A stretch of DNA of 28,887 nt, from the IMG/VR virus record IMGVR_UViG_3300027586_000034, positions 1-28,887 of that record, one strand, 5' to 3'. The notes beneath the pieces are model-generated. The model made no database searches, was not told the origin of the DNA, and saw only the letters and a list, made by a program, of their open reading frames with translations. The first letter of the stretch is position 1. Every line of letters begins with the position of its first letter. The DNA comes from a virus. Its lineage: Duplodnaviria; Caudoviricetes. The position numbers were made by a program, and so were the translations under genes. Below are positions 17,153 through 25,700 of this stretch, one piece after another.

Positions 17153-17468
17153 CAGACACCTCCTGTACCAAAACAGGTTCAAGCATAGTGTTTAAGCCGT
17201 AAATAGCCCTAGTTTGCGGTGCGTAGTCCCAGCATCCTAAGCTCTGCCAGCCATGATCTTCGTGAATAGCTGGGTCATCTTTGTGATGCACTGATGGCTT
17301 TTCAACGAATCCGTTATTAGTGAATACCAAAATATGTACTGTTGAATCTCCCGGTTCCCGTGTAACCCAACCAACTGCTGGCTTAGAGAAGTTGTCCATA
17401 TCCGAGCTAAACAAAACGCAATCTCCAATTTGCACTTTGGGCATCTTCCAAACTGTATTACTGCTCAT
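17127..17468 (-). CDS. hypothetical protein (113 aa), beta-barrel-like N-terminus
   Basis: Overlaps the TerL end (11 nt) and portal start; SD-like AAGGAG upstream; VQIGDCVLF...GWVT...TVHILVF pattern. Confidence 0.7.
   Translation of the reverse strand: MSSNTVWKMPKVQIGDCVLFSSDMDNFSKPAVGWVTREPGDSTVHILVFTNNGFVEKPSVHHKDDPAIHEDHGWQSLGCWDYAPQTRAIYGLNTMLEPVLVQEVSVERELAAR
17159..17164 (-). promoter_or_regulatory. Shine-Dalgarno AGGAGG for portal
   Basis: Minus strand reads AGGAGG-TGTCTG-TTG, in frame with the portal ORF. Confidence 0.7.
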
Positions 17469-19167
17469 TGTTTCTGTCTCCTTGTGGGCCTAAGTATACA
17501 TATGCTTCTTCTGTTATGCCACGGCGCTTTCGTTTATCGGCCAAAAACTTAACCCACCACGGCTCTTCTTCCCCAATCACTGCTGGACGATGGTAACTTG
17601 GCCTATATGCACATAGGTATTCCAAGCATTGGCAAAGATGCACTTCGCCTCTGGTTAGCGGGCTATCTGTAACAATCGAAGTTCCGGCTACCATGTTGAC
17701 TTTTTTGCGGTATCGCTTTAATTCACGCTCTAGGTCAGGTACAGATTCAGTAAGAATCCGTATAGTTGGCGTACCAGAAGGCCGAATATGTAGGTAATTT
17801 CGCGTGGCTTCGCAACGGGCCATAATATCGTCGCAACCCGCAATAAATGAACTTCCTGTGACTTCGCTCCTGATCTGTCGCTTTACAAGCTGTTCTGTGT
17901 ATTGCTCAATGGGCAACCGTCCTGAGCCAATGTCGCGGAGCCGTCCACCGTGAGAGTCGATAATAAACGCACGAAACTGGCTTTTTACCTTCTCGGCAAA
18001 CTTCTCCCCAAATATCTGTGCATTGCACTGCCGCATGTAAAGCTGATCGTAGACCAAAACGTACTCTTCGGATGGGGGTACGGCAGCAAACAATACGGCT
18101 GTTACTGCATGGCCCGGATCGATAACTGCATATCGACACCAATCCCCCGGAATCTGTCCATTGGGCAAATCTGATCTGTTTAACCCATGAATCCTCATAT
18201 CAAAGGTAGGGTAAACGAGAATACTATCGGTGATAAAGTCGCCTTCTGCCCGCATTCTTAGGACATCTTGGCCACTGGCACTCCACCGAATAATGGACTT
18301 TTGCTTTTCTTTCTCGTCAATATGGGGATTATCAAGGAATCTAAGCTTAAACTGCACTATATCAGGGGTTTCTTTACGTTGTTCTAGCTCTGCATCAGCA
18401 CGTTCTTTAAGCGTCAACAATGCATTATTAGTCGAATGTGGCATTGCACTCCAGCAAAATTTACCGCGTTTGTCTACTAATCTAGCCTGACATTCACTGA
18501 TCCAGTTTTCATTGTTTAAGTCCTCGTCGCAATGTACCCTGTCTGCGGCGTATCCCTGTACTGGATCACCCTCACTAGAGAAGAAGTAGATAATCCAGCC
18601 GTTATGAAGTTCTGCTTTTTGGATATAGTTGGCACTTTTAAGTACCCAACTAAGCTTTTTGACCATCCTATGAGGGATTAGGGGTGGTGCTGGCATCGCT
18701 TCTTTGCGTCTAGCCTCGTCTGTGCTGGGCCTATATGCCCGCCACTCCTTGGTAATCTCGTCCTTAATAATCTTAAATGCCCCTTTTTTGAACAAATAGG
18801 GGTACGCCACCATACCTATGTGCCGCCAATCTTTTCCAATAACGACAAGAATGCCGTCTGTTTTGGGGTATTTATTAAACGGATCTTGCCCTGTTACCGC
18901 CCTTGCGTCTTCCACAAAGGAACAGAGAGATTTACCGCTACGGTTTCCCCCGATTACTAGAACTTCTGAAGCTGTAGCCTGATGAACTAAAGCCTGTAAT
19001 GCAGTTGGCTCATACAGGCGAAGAGCTTCGATCTTCCGTTCCCGAATCTCCGACTGCAAAGACTTGATCTCGTCCCGCTGAAACTGCGTCAGCAAAGGCT
19101 TTTTCGATTGCTGCGGCGGTGGGGGCAGGCTGTTCGGGGGCGGCGATAAGGGGTGTGGTTTGGCCAT
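17458..19167 (-). CDS. terL: terminase large subunit
   Basis: Walker A GGNRSGKS, upstream Q motif (YEPTALQ), Walker B DRVHCDE, LDNPHI motif, RNase H-like nuclease YAVIDPG and FIIDSHG. SD-like AAGGGA upstream of ATG 19167. Confidence 0.92.
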   Translation of the reverse strand: MAKPHPLSPPPNSLPPPPQQSKKPLLTQFQRDEIKSLQSEIRERKIEALRLYEPTALQALVHQATASEVLVIGGNRSGKSLCSFVEDARAVTGQDPFNKYPKTDGILVVIGKDWRHIGMVAYPYLFKKGAFKIIKDEITKEWRAYRPSTDEARRKEAMPAPPLIPHRMVKKLSWVLKSANYIQKAELHNGWIIYFFSSEGDPVQGYAADRVHCDEDLNNENWISECQARLVDKRGKFCWSAMPHSTNNALLTLKERADAELEQRKETPDIVQFKLRFLDNPHIDEKEKQKSIIRWSASGQDVLRMRAEGDFITDSILVYPTFDMRIHGLNRSDLPNGQIPGDWCRYAVIDPGHAVTAVLFAAVPPSEEYVLVYDQLYMRQCNAQIFGEKFAEKVKSQFRAFIIDSHGGRLRDIGSGRLPIEQYTEQLVKRQIRSEVTGSSFIAGCDDIMARCEATRNYLHIRPSGTPTIRILTESVPDLERELKRYRKKVNMVAGTSIVTDSPLTRGEVHLCQCLEYLCAYRPSYHRPAVIGEEEPWWVKFLADKRKRRGITEEAYVYLGPQGDRNNEQ

Positions 19168-19663
19168 TTATTGTAATCCCTTGATATGTAGACAAAGCAT
19201 CGTTGAACCGCGACTGCAATTCAAGCTCTAGTTCATCTTCAGACCATAACGTAAGTGGCTTTTTAGCACCACCAAGCTCCACGTTCTTGGAAACTAGCCT
19301 GATGATTGTTTCTATTAGTTTGCTTCTGGTACTGCTTCCCGGCGCACTGTCGTAATACTGTTTAACAATAAGGGAAGAAAAGCCCCCTACTCCACCAAAA
19401 TACTGAAATATACGCTCTATAACCTCTGCGGAATGAGGGATGTTGCTGCCGCCTGTTTGGCTTGCCTTGACATACAGGTCTACCCCGGCTTCTTCTAGTC
19501 GCTGTAAAGAACTTACCCTTTTCCGTTTTGCCTTTTTCCTGTCTGCTTTTCTGCGTTTACTGACGCATAAACGACACAGATTTTTGACGTTTTCCCCGTC
19601 TGCAAAAAACTCAGTAGTGTCTGGAAAATCTTTCCCGCACAACTTGCATACTTTGTTGCTCAT
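19010..19663 (-). CDS. probable terminase small subunit with N-terminal CxxC...CxxC zinc ribbon (217 aa)
   Basis: ATG at 19663 (MSNKVCKLC...CRLC) preferred because the ORF-track start lies inside the hairpin. Basic stretch, helical body, LTLWSEDELELEL motif; immediately upstream of and overlapping terL. Confidence 0.55.
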   Translation of the reverse strand: MSNKVCKLCGKDFPDTTEFFADGENVKNLCRLCVSKRRKADRKKAKRKRVSSLQRLEEAGVDLYVKASQTGGSNIPHSAEVIERIFQYFGGVGGFSSLIVKQYYDSAPGSSTRSKLIETIIRLVSKNVELGGAKKPLTLWSEDELELELQSRFNDALSTYQGITINGQTTPLIAAPEQPAPTAAAIEKAFADAVSAGRDQVFAVGDSGTEDRSSSPV

Positions 19664-19667
19664 GCTG

Positions 19668-19709
19668 CAAATGATAACAGCCCGTGGGGGATTCCCCAAG
19701 GGCTGTTAT
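19668..19709 (-). terminator. long stem-loop, probable intrinsic terminator/attenuator after the capsid genes
   Basis: ATAACAGCCC (19674-83) pairs with GGGCTGTTAT (19700-09); inner TGGGG/CCCCA stem with 4-nt loop; weak U-tract (UGUUAUCAUUU) on the minus strand. Confidence 0.7.
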
Positions 19710-19732
19710 TGTGCTTGTCACTTTGTTTTAGA

Positions 19733-20452
19733 TTAGAGAACTGCGCCAGACAACACGTTGCCCGAGAAGTGGATTCGCGCTCGTAGCTGGCCTGCCGTAG
19801 AAGTCACGCCAACATCTACCATGCCGTCTTCGGCAGCAGTGCTGGCAGTGGAGGCAACGTAATTTCCGTAAGCGTCTACACCGGCAGTATTTGCTACGTT
19901 TACCTTACGAATGGCAGCACGATGAAGGCCGACAGTAAAGGCTGGCGTAACTGGAGTGGAAGTTAGAACAACAGTGCCAAGATCCGCACTTAGTGCAACT
20001 GCGGAACCAGCAGTAATTGCAGCACTGGTTGCTACCATCATTGTTGGCCCAGAAACAGTAAGCCAAACAATGTCATACTGACGCAATGCACCAGTAAAGT
20101 ATTCATCAAACACGCCGATCCGCTTGCCAGCAGTCATATCGGCGGCTAATGTCAAGGTGCTAAAAGACGCACCATCTGGCAGGATCGTAAAAGTTTTGCC
20201 TGCCAGCGTAGAGCCATCGGCAACTGCACTGCCCGTATAACGACACGCCATGCAATACACAAGCTGGTTGCTGTAGCTTTGCGTGGTGCGAGGGTTTACG
20301 TCATTGAAAACCTTTACGTCACCAATGATATTCTGACCAGCAACAGGCCAAGATACGTTACTGCCGGTATTATTGCCGTTCAGTTCAATAACTTCGCCGG
20401 TAAGCAGCGTCTGCCCACGACCAAAATACGGATCAGAGAAAAAACTAGACAT
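19733..20452 (-). CDS. probable capsid decoration/cement protein (239 aa)
   Basis: Directly after the major capsid gene, before the terminator; SD AAGGA; A/G/T/V-rich with LRQYDIVWLTVSGP...AITAGSAVAL pattern as in beta-tulip-type decoration proteins. Confidence 0.6.
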   Translation of the reverse strand: MSSFFSDPYFGRGQTLLTGEVIELNGNNTGSNVSWPVAGQNIIGDVKVFNDVNPRTTQSYSNQLVYCMACRYTGSAVADGSTLAGKTFTILPDGASFSTLTLAADMTAGKRIGVFDEYFTGALRQYDIVWLTVSGPTMMVATSAAITAGSAVALSADLGTVVLTSTPVTPAFTVGLHRAAIRKVNVANTAGVDAYGNYVASTASTAAEDGMVDVGVTSTAGQLRARIHFSGNVLSGAVL

Positions 20453-20488
20453 GGTTTCGGATTCCTTTTTTGATGAACTGCGTTAGGC

Positions 20489-21634
20489 TTATACGCCCGT
20501 TGCGAGAGGAGCAAGTTGGAAGAAGTTGCGTGGACTGCGGAACCGGAGATTACCCAATACGCTACAGGAATATCTATAGCTTTGTAGTTCCTCTGAAAAG
20601 AAAGGGCCCTCTGCTACCATAAGCTGGTTCTCTAAGCAGCGGAGTTCCATATTTCCCACGCTGATTCCATAACCTTTTCCTGCTGGAACAGCGTATTCCG
20701 TAGTCACTTCCACGCCATCCTGTTCAAATACATCGGTAAAACCGTAAGAACGGAGTCCGGTGGACTTAGTGACAATTGCCCGTTCCGTGCTGTTAAGGCG
20801 ATTTAAGTATTGGATATAGAGATTCCTGTCAAGGATCACCATATCAATAGCACTTTCTCGGGTGTCATTACGCTTGCACTGGAAAATTCCTTCTCGCGTT
20901 GCTTCAATGCAATTAGACTTCCAGTTAGCAGTGGCTGAATCCAGAGCAGTAGTATTATAGTTTATAATTACAGGCGAATAAAAATCAAATTCTGGATCTA
21001 CTGGGCTTCGTGGCCAAATAGCAGTTCCGCTGGTTCGCCCGCCACCGTAATAACCAAGCTGAGTCTTTAAACCTGCGTAAGTAGCACTAGGATAACCGTA
21101 AGCATCGGCTGCAACTGCGGTTCTTGCTGTTGCTACGCTTGTTGCAGCAGCAGTAACGTCAATCGTTCCACCATTGCCCATGAACGTATCCATGCCGTGG
21201 AACGCATTTTCATACCCAGCAGCATCGCCATTTGAGTAGATTTGGGTAGCAAGATGCTGTTCCAGACTCTCTTGCAAGCGGCTAGCCATGTTGGATGCAA
21301 CATTAACGAGAGCTTGCTGACCACGATTTTCCAGCATCTCACGACGATAAATTGAATCTGTCGTGACAAATCCGCGCCAAGGCAGGTTTGCCAATTTCCA
21401 CAGATTTTGGCGGGCAAACGTCCTTGGCGTGTCTCCAGAATTTCCCGAAACGGGCGTATTTCTGTATCTGACATTCCAGTCCATTCCCCGTCCAGACTGA
21501 TTCATTACGACGTTACCGGAAGCCTCTAAAGCAGCAAATACTTTAAACTTACGGAATGTTGCCAATTCTTCTTCACGAAGATGGTTGACAATCGTTACCC
21601 CGATAAGTCGGCTCCAGTCTGTTGGGCTAGCCAT
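20489..21634 (-). CDS. major capsid protein (HK97 fold inferred, 381 aa)
   Basis: Size and position after the scaffold; E-loop-like region, EMLENRGQQALVN, backbone helix LQESLEQHLATQIYSNG, FEQDGVEVTTEYAVPAGKGY, GNLRFRSPRNF. ATG at 21634 with GAAAGG upstream. Confidence 0.85.
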   Translation of the reverse strand: MASPTDWSRLIGVTIVNHLREEELATFRKFKVFAALEASGNVVMNQSGRGMDWNVRYRNTPVSGNSGDTPRTFARQNLWKLANLPWRGFVTTDSIYRREMLENRGQQALVNVASNMASRLQESLEQHLATQIYSNGDAAGYENAFHGMDTFMGNGGTIDVTAAATSVATARTAVAADAYGYPSATYAGLKTQLGYYGGGRTSGTAIWPRSPVDPEFDFYSPVIINYNTTALDSATANWKSNCIEATREGIFQCKRNDTRESAIDMVILDRNLYIQYLNRLNSTERAIVTKSTGLRSYGFTDVFEQDGVEVTTEYAVPAGKGYGISVGNMELRCLENQLMVAEGPFFSEELQSYRYSCSVLGNLRFRSPRNFFQLAPLATGV

Positions 21635-21650
21635 AATCAATAAGCCTTTC

Positions 21651-22739
21651 TTATTCTGTCATACCTTCTACCGCAAACTGTTGATTTAGCTTGTCGGCAA
21701 AAGTTAATGGTTTTTTAGGAACTCTTGGGTCTGTCGAAGCTGGTGAATTTCTTGGGGCTGTTCTAGCTGCCTGCGCCCTCAAGTAATCCATGTTCCTTTG
21801 AGCTTGGGCAACAGCCGGTGCTGGCTGCTGTGGAACAGGAACTTGAGGTGGCTGGTTTTGTCTTTGCTGTGGCTGTTGGTTCTGAGAATTACGGAAGTTG
21901 GCTTCCAATAATGTCTTAGTTACTTGGCCCTTGGCGTATTCCCAACGGTGTTGCGGGCTTTGGATGCCCATGTTTTTAGCGTCTTCAATAAATTTCTGGC
22001 ATAATAGACCTTCTCTAGATACATTTCCAGACTCATCTAATAGCCAAGACTTATTTTCTTCCTGTAAACCAGCAACAAAACGCTCATTTTCTGAGTTCTG
22101 GAATTGTTCTTTAACAATAGCGGCAGCACGGGAAGAAGCCACCCTTTCCACCATAGGGCCAAGGGTTTGCTCTGGGTTTTCAAGGAATTTACGGGCAAAA
22201 TCCGCCTTATATGCCTGCATTTCAGATAATGCGTGTCGGGCATCTAATGGGGCATTTTCAGCAATAATCTCCCTGCCGTTCTCATCTCGGGTTAAATATT
22301 GCTTATACGCTTCCCGCACGGCTGGAGGGTTCCACCAACTATCTGGTTTTGCTGGTTGTGCCTGCATTTGCTGTGGCATTTGCTGCTGTTGTGGCTGGTT
22401 TCGCTGGGCAAGCCACTGTTCATATTGCTCTTTATTGGAGAGATATTCGCTGGCGAAGGGGATAATCTGCTGGTATTGCTGCAAAGCGTTGCTTGCGGCT
22501 TGCTCCCGCTGCATGGTTTCGTACAAAGCAAAAGCAATTTGCTGATCATCTTGGCCAGCAAACTGCGGCAACTGCCTAAAAGGTGCATAATGGTTGATCT
22601 CGCTAGTAGGTTCTGGCCCAGAATCAGGTGATTCTGGCGATTCTTCCGGTGAATCGTCCTCTCGCTCTGGTGCAACTACTGGCTCAGAGTAGGAATCGTC
22701 CTGTTCTAGATCAATGTCGCTTTGGATTTGCTCAGCCAT
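21651..22739 (-). CDS. capsid scaffolding protein (362 aa)
   Basis: Acidic disordered N-terminus, helical Gln-rich body, short C-terminal helix (LTFADKLNQQF); directly upstream of the capsid gene; SD GAGGAG at 22754-22749. Confidence 0.7.
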   Translation of the reverse strand: MAEQIQSDIDLEQDDSYSEPVVAPEREDDSPEESPESPDSGPEPTSEINHYAPFRQLPQFAGQDDQQIAFALYETMQREQAASNALQQYQQIIPFASEYLSNKEQYEQWLAQRNQPQQQQMPQQMQAQPAKPDSWWNPPAVREAYKQYLTRDENGREIIAENAPLDARHALSEMQAYKADFARKFLENPEQTLGPMVERVASSRAAAIVKEQFQNSENERFVAGLQEENKSWLLDESGNVSREGLLCQKFIEDAKNMGIQSPQHRWEYAKGQVTKTLLEANFRNSQNQQPQQRQNQPPQVPVPQQPAPAVAQAQRNMDYLRAQAARTAPRNSPASTDPRVPKKPLTFADKLNQQFAVEGMTE

Positions 22740-22744
22740 AATAT

Positions 22745-25700
22745 CTATCTCCTCATATTACTTAGGTAATCCATGTACTTCTGTCCCTGTTGGCTTTGTG
22801 TCATTGGCTGTGGTTTCGCCATTGACTTCCGCCACTCATCATACTCTTTATCATATGGCGTTTGTGGTTGCAATGGCACTACTGGCTGTGCGGCTGGTTG
22901 AGGCTTGCCGAGTTGACTGCCTAAATCAGCAATAGTGGCAAACCTAGTGTCATATTGTTTAGTACGTTCTTGATCCCATTTATCCCATTGCGGGCTATTA
23001 GCTGCTACTGGTTTGCCTTCATCATCAGTAAGCCCCGGCCCTTCTTTGGTGAAATAGTCGTACATACTATCACCTTCTGGCTGGTAAGTCTGCCCTACCG
23101 CAGCATTAAAGCCCGCTTCTTGGCCAAAATCCTCAATTACATTGCGACCCATGTTCTTGGCAGCAGACCACAAAGCAGATCTAGCCCCGGATTTACCAAG
23201 CAAAGAAAGACCTCCCGTTATTCCAGCCGTTAAAAGAGTTGGAATATCAATGTTTTCCCTCCAGCCTCCCGCCTGAGAAGTAGTAAAAAGACTTGGATAA
23301 CTAGGATTTTGCATTCCTAAAAGTTTTTGAAGTCTTACCCACTCAACTGCTGGATCAACAAAACTTTCTTGTTCCATTTGACGAAGCATTGGCAATGCTT
23401 TAGTTGCGTCGGGTCGAAGATGTTCTGGAATTGGTGGTGCTTGTTGGTTTAATGCTTGGGTCGCTGTGCGGAATTCCGGTAACTGCGACTCTTGACCACC
23501 TACGTTACGAAGATTTGCCAGCGTTTCATATGTGAGGTTTCTTCCAGCCCCCGTTAATGTGTTAGTTGCAGTGCTTTGTGCGGCCATGCCCGGAAATGTT
23601 GTCCAGCTTTGCCCCGGCGTAAACGCTTCAAGAATATTGCGGCTTGTTGTTGTATTGGGATCGTTGAGCCTATCGCTCTTGTCCCACCAATACATAGCCT
23701 CTTTGACCTTATCGGATGGCCTGCCCCCCTGCCTAAAAGCTGCAAGATCTACTGTTTCGTCATTATCGTTGGCAAAGACTGAGCCAACATCTGCAAGAAC
23801 CTTATCTATTGTTCCTGATCCCAGTGGAGCATTAGCACCTTCTTGGAAAGTCTTGAGGAGGTTTAGCTTTCTTTCGTCCAGCATCTGGCTGCGAAGAACG
23901 CCTGCTTTATCAAGAGAAAACTTGCCGTTTAAATACCCGCCTATGCCGTGATCCACTTCTTCAGGATCTCTGAACGGGATTTCAGCGTTGTCGCCACCGG
24001 GGTTATGGGACTGCATTAACCCAATAAATGTATCCACCCACTCTTTGGCTGCTTTGTTGCTCTTATCGTATGGCTGACCTAGAATGTTGTTGTAGATGTC
24101 TGTGTAATTTTGAGTCAGCGTATTAGCAAGGTTTCCGTCTTCGTCATATTTGTCAAGAAACTTTTGGGATAGTTCAGTAAGGGCTGGCTGGGCTGCTGCT
24201 AGGAACTGGTCGTACTCTGGAGGCTTTGCTTCTTCATGGAACTTATTCATGGCTTCAGGGTCTTTGCCAAAGTATCCCAATGCTTTTTGGTCTTCCGGGC
24301 CTTGCAGCAAGCTTCCCAAATAGTCCATATACAAACTATCGGCTGGTGCTGGTAGTGGGCCTTGCTGCGGCGCAGCCGAATATGGGCTGGCGTACTTGTT
24401 ACTTTGGTAATCGTTATGCAACTGTTCTGCGTAAGCGGTTGCGGCTTCTGGGGTACTGAACTTACCGAGATGCTTCCCTGTACGCTGATACTCCTCTATA
24501 GCTTCCTCTGGTCTGAGTATCCGACCTTTATCTGCCAACGGCAGCAGCACTTCTTCCCCGCCAAAATTAAAGCTGGCTGAGTACACAGTGCTTTCACCAC
24601 CATCTGGATTAGGTATTGATGGGCGAAACAGGTCAATGTTTCCACGTTCAATCTGTCCCTCTGGCATTGGACTATCTTGTGCCTGTGCGGCTGCTTCAGC
24701 GTCTTGGGTTGATAGACCAGCACCCAGTGTTGCTGCGGCTAGTGCTATTATTTTATAATCGTCAGATGTGTATTCGCTTGGTGCTTTTTTCAAAATCCTA
24801 ATTAGTTTTTCAGAACCGGGAAACATAACGTAGTTTTTTGTTAATCCAAGCAGCTTCTCGGTAGCACTCATTTGCTCTGGGTCTAAGTGAACTGGCGTAC
24901 TTCTGTTAAAGCCGTTTTTGTCTTTTTTTTGCTTGGGGTTATTTGCTTTAGCTACATCTATGTATTGTCTGCGACTCTGTTGGTCGAAATACCCTGCCCC
25001 CGGATACCCTGCATCAAACACACCCCGACTAAGCATTAGCCTAGTTTTTTTGTCTTGGCCACCTGTGCCGTGGTTAAAATCGTTTGTTGCATCTAAACCT
25101 GTTCCTCTTGAAGATTCAAACGGAACTTTTGCTTTTTCAAACGCCCTTTTAACCGCTTCAAATATATCTGGGTTTGCTTCTAGTTTGGTATCTAACTGCC
25201 AAAATTTGTCTCTGGGTGCGTCAAGCTCTACGTCATATGTGTTTGGAATAGTTGACTTCCATTGCAGATCGCCCGCTTTTGCCCATTGCGCAACTTGTGT
25301 TGCTTGTTCATAACGACGAACAAAATAGCGGTTGGCATACTCCATAGCGTCCTCTGGAGTGTTGTACCCTAGAAATTTTTGGTATAGGTTTTGAATTTCG
25401 GCTTGTTTGTTTGCTTGCCCTTCTGGTGTCGAAGGATCATGTTTTTCAAAATAAATTATTTGATCAAAAATGTCATCGTGCCAATCATTTTTACCCCTGC
25501 CGTCCTGTCTAGTAGTGTCAACTATTTTACTGTCGCCAGTTGAAAACCTTCTAAGTCCGGGCATATCTCCGGGGCCACGGACAGCCTTACCGTGAAATTG
25601 CAAATTTCCGTCAGTGAACTCTTCGATGTAACTGTCTTTTACTTCTGGCAGAGTAGCAAAGTAGTGGCCTTGCCCGAATGTGGCGTGTCCTTGGCCTGAC

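Noticed and set aside
17153-17182. ORF-track portal start at 17182
   Set aside because: The in-frame TTG at 17152 has a perfect SD at proper spacing.
19664-19699. ORF-track start of the 229-aa protein at 19699
   Set aside because: Lies inside the hairpin; ATG at 19663 is more plausible.
20458-20466. CGGATTCCT, a 9-bp inverted match to the RIPE repeat
   Set aside because: Too short, and explained by the AAGGA ribosome-binding site of the decoration gene.
21898-22545. 215-aa plus-strand ORF
   Set aside because: Antisense shadow of the scaffold gene; its Cys runs are the reverse complement of CAG/CAA Gln codons.
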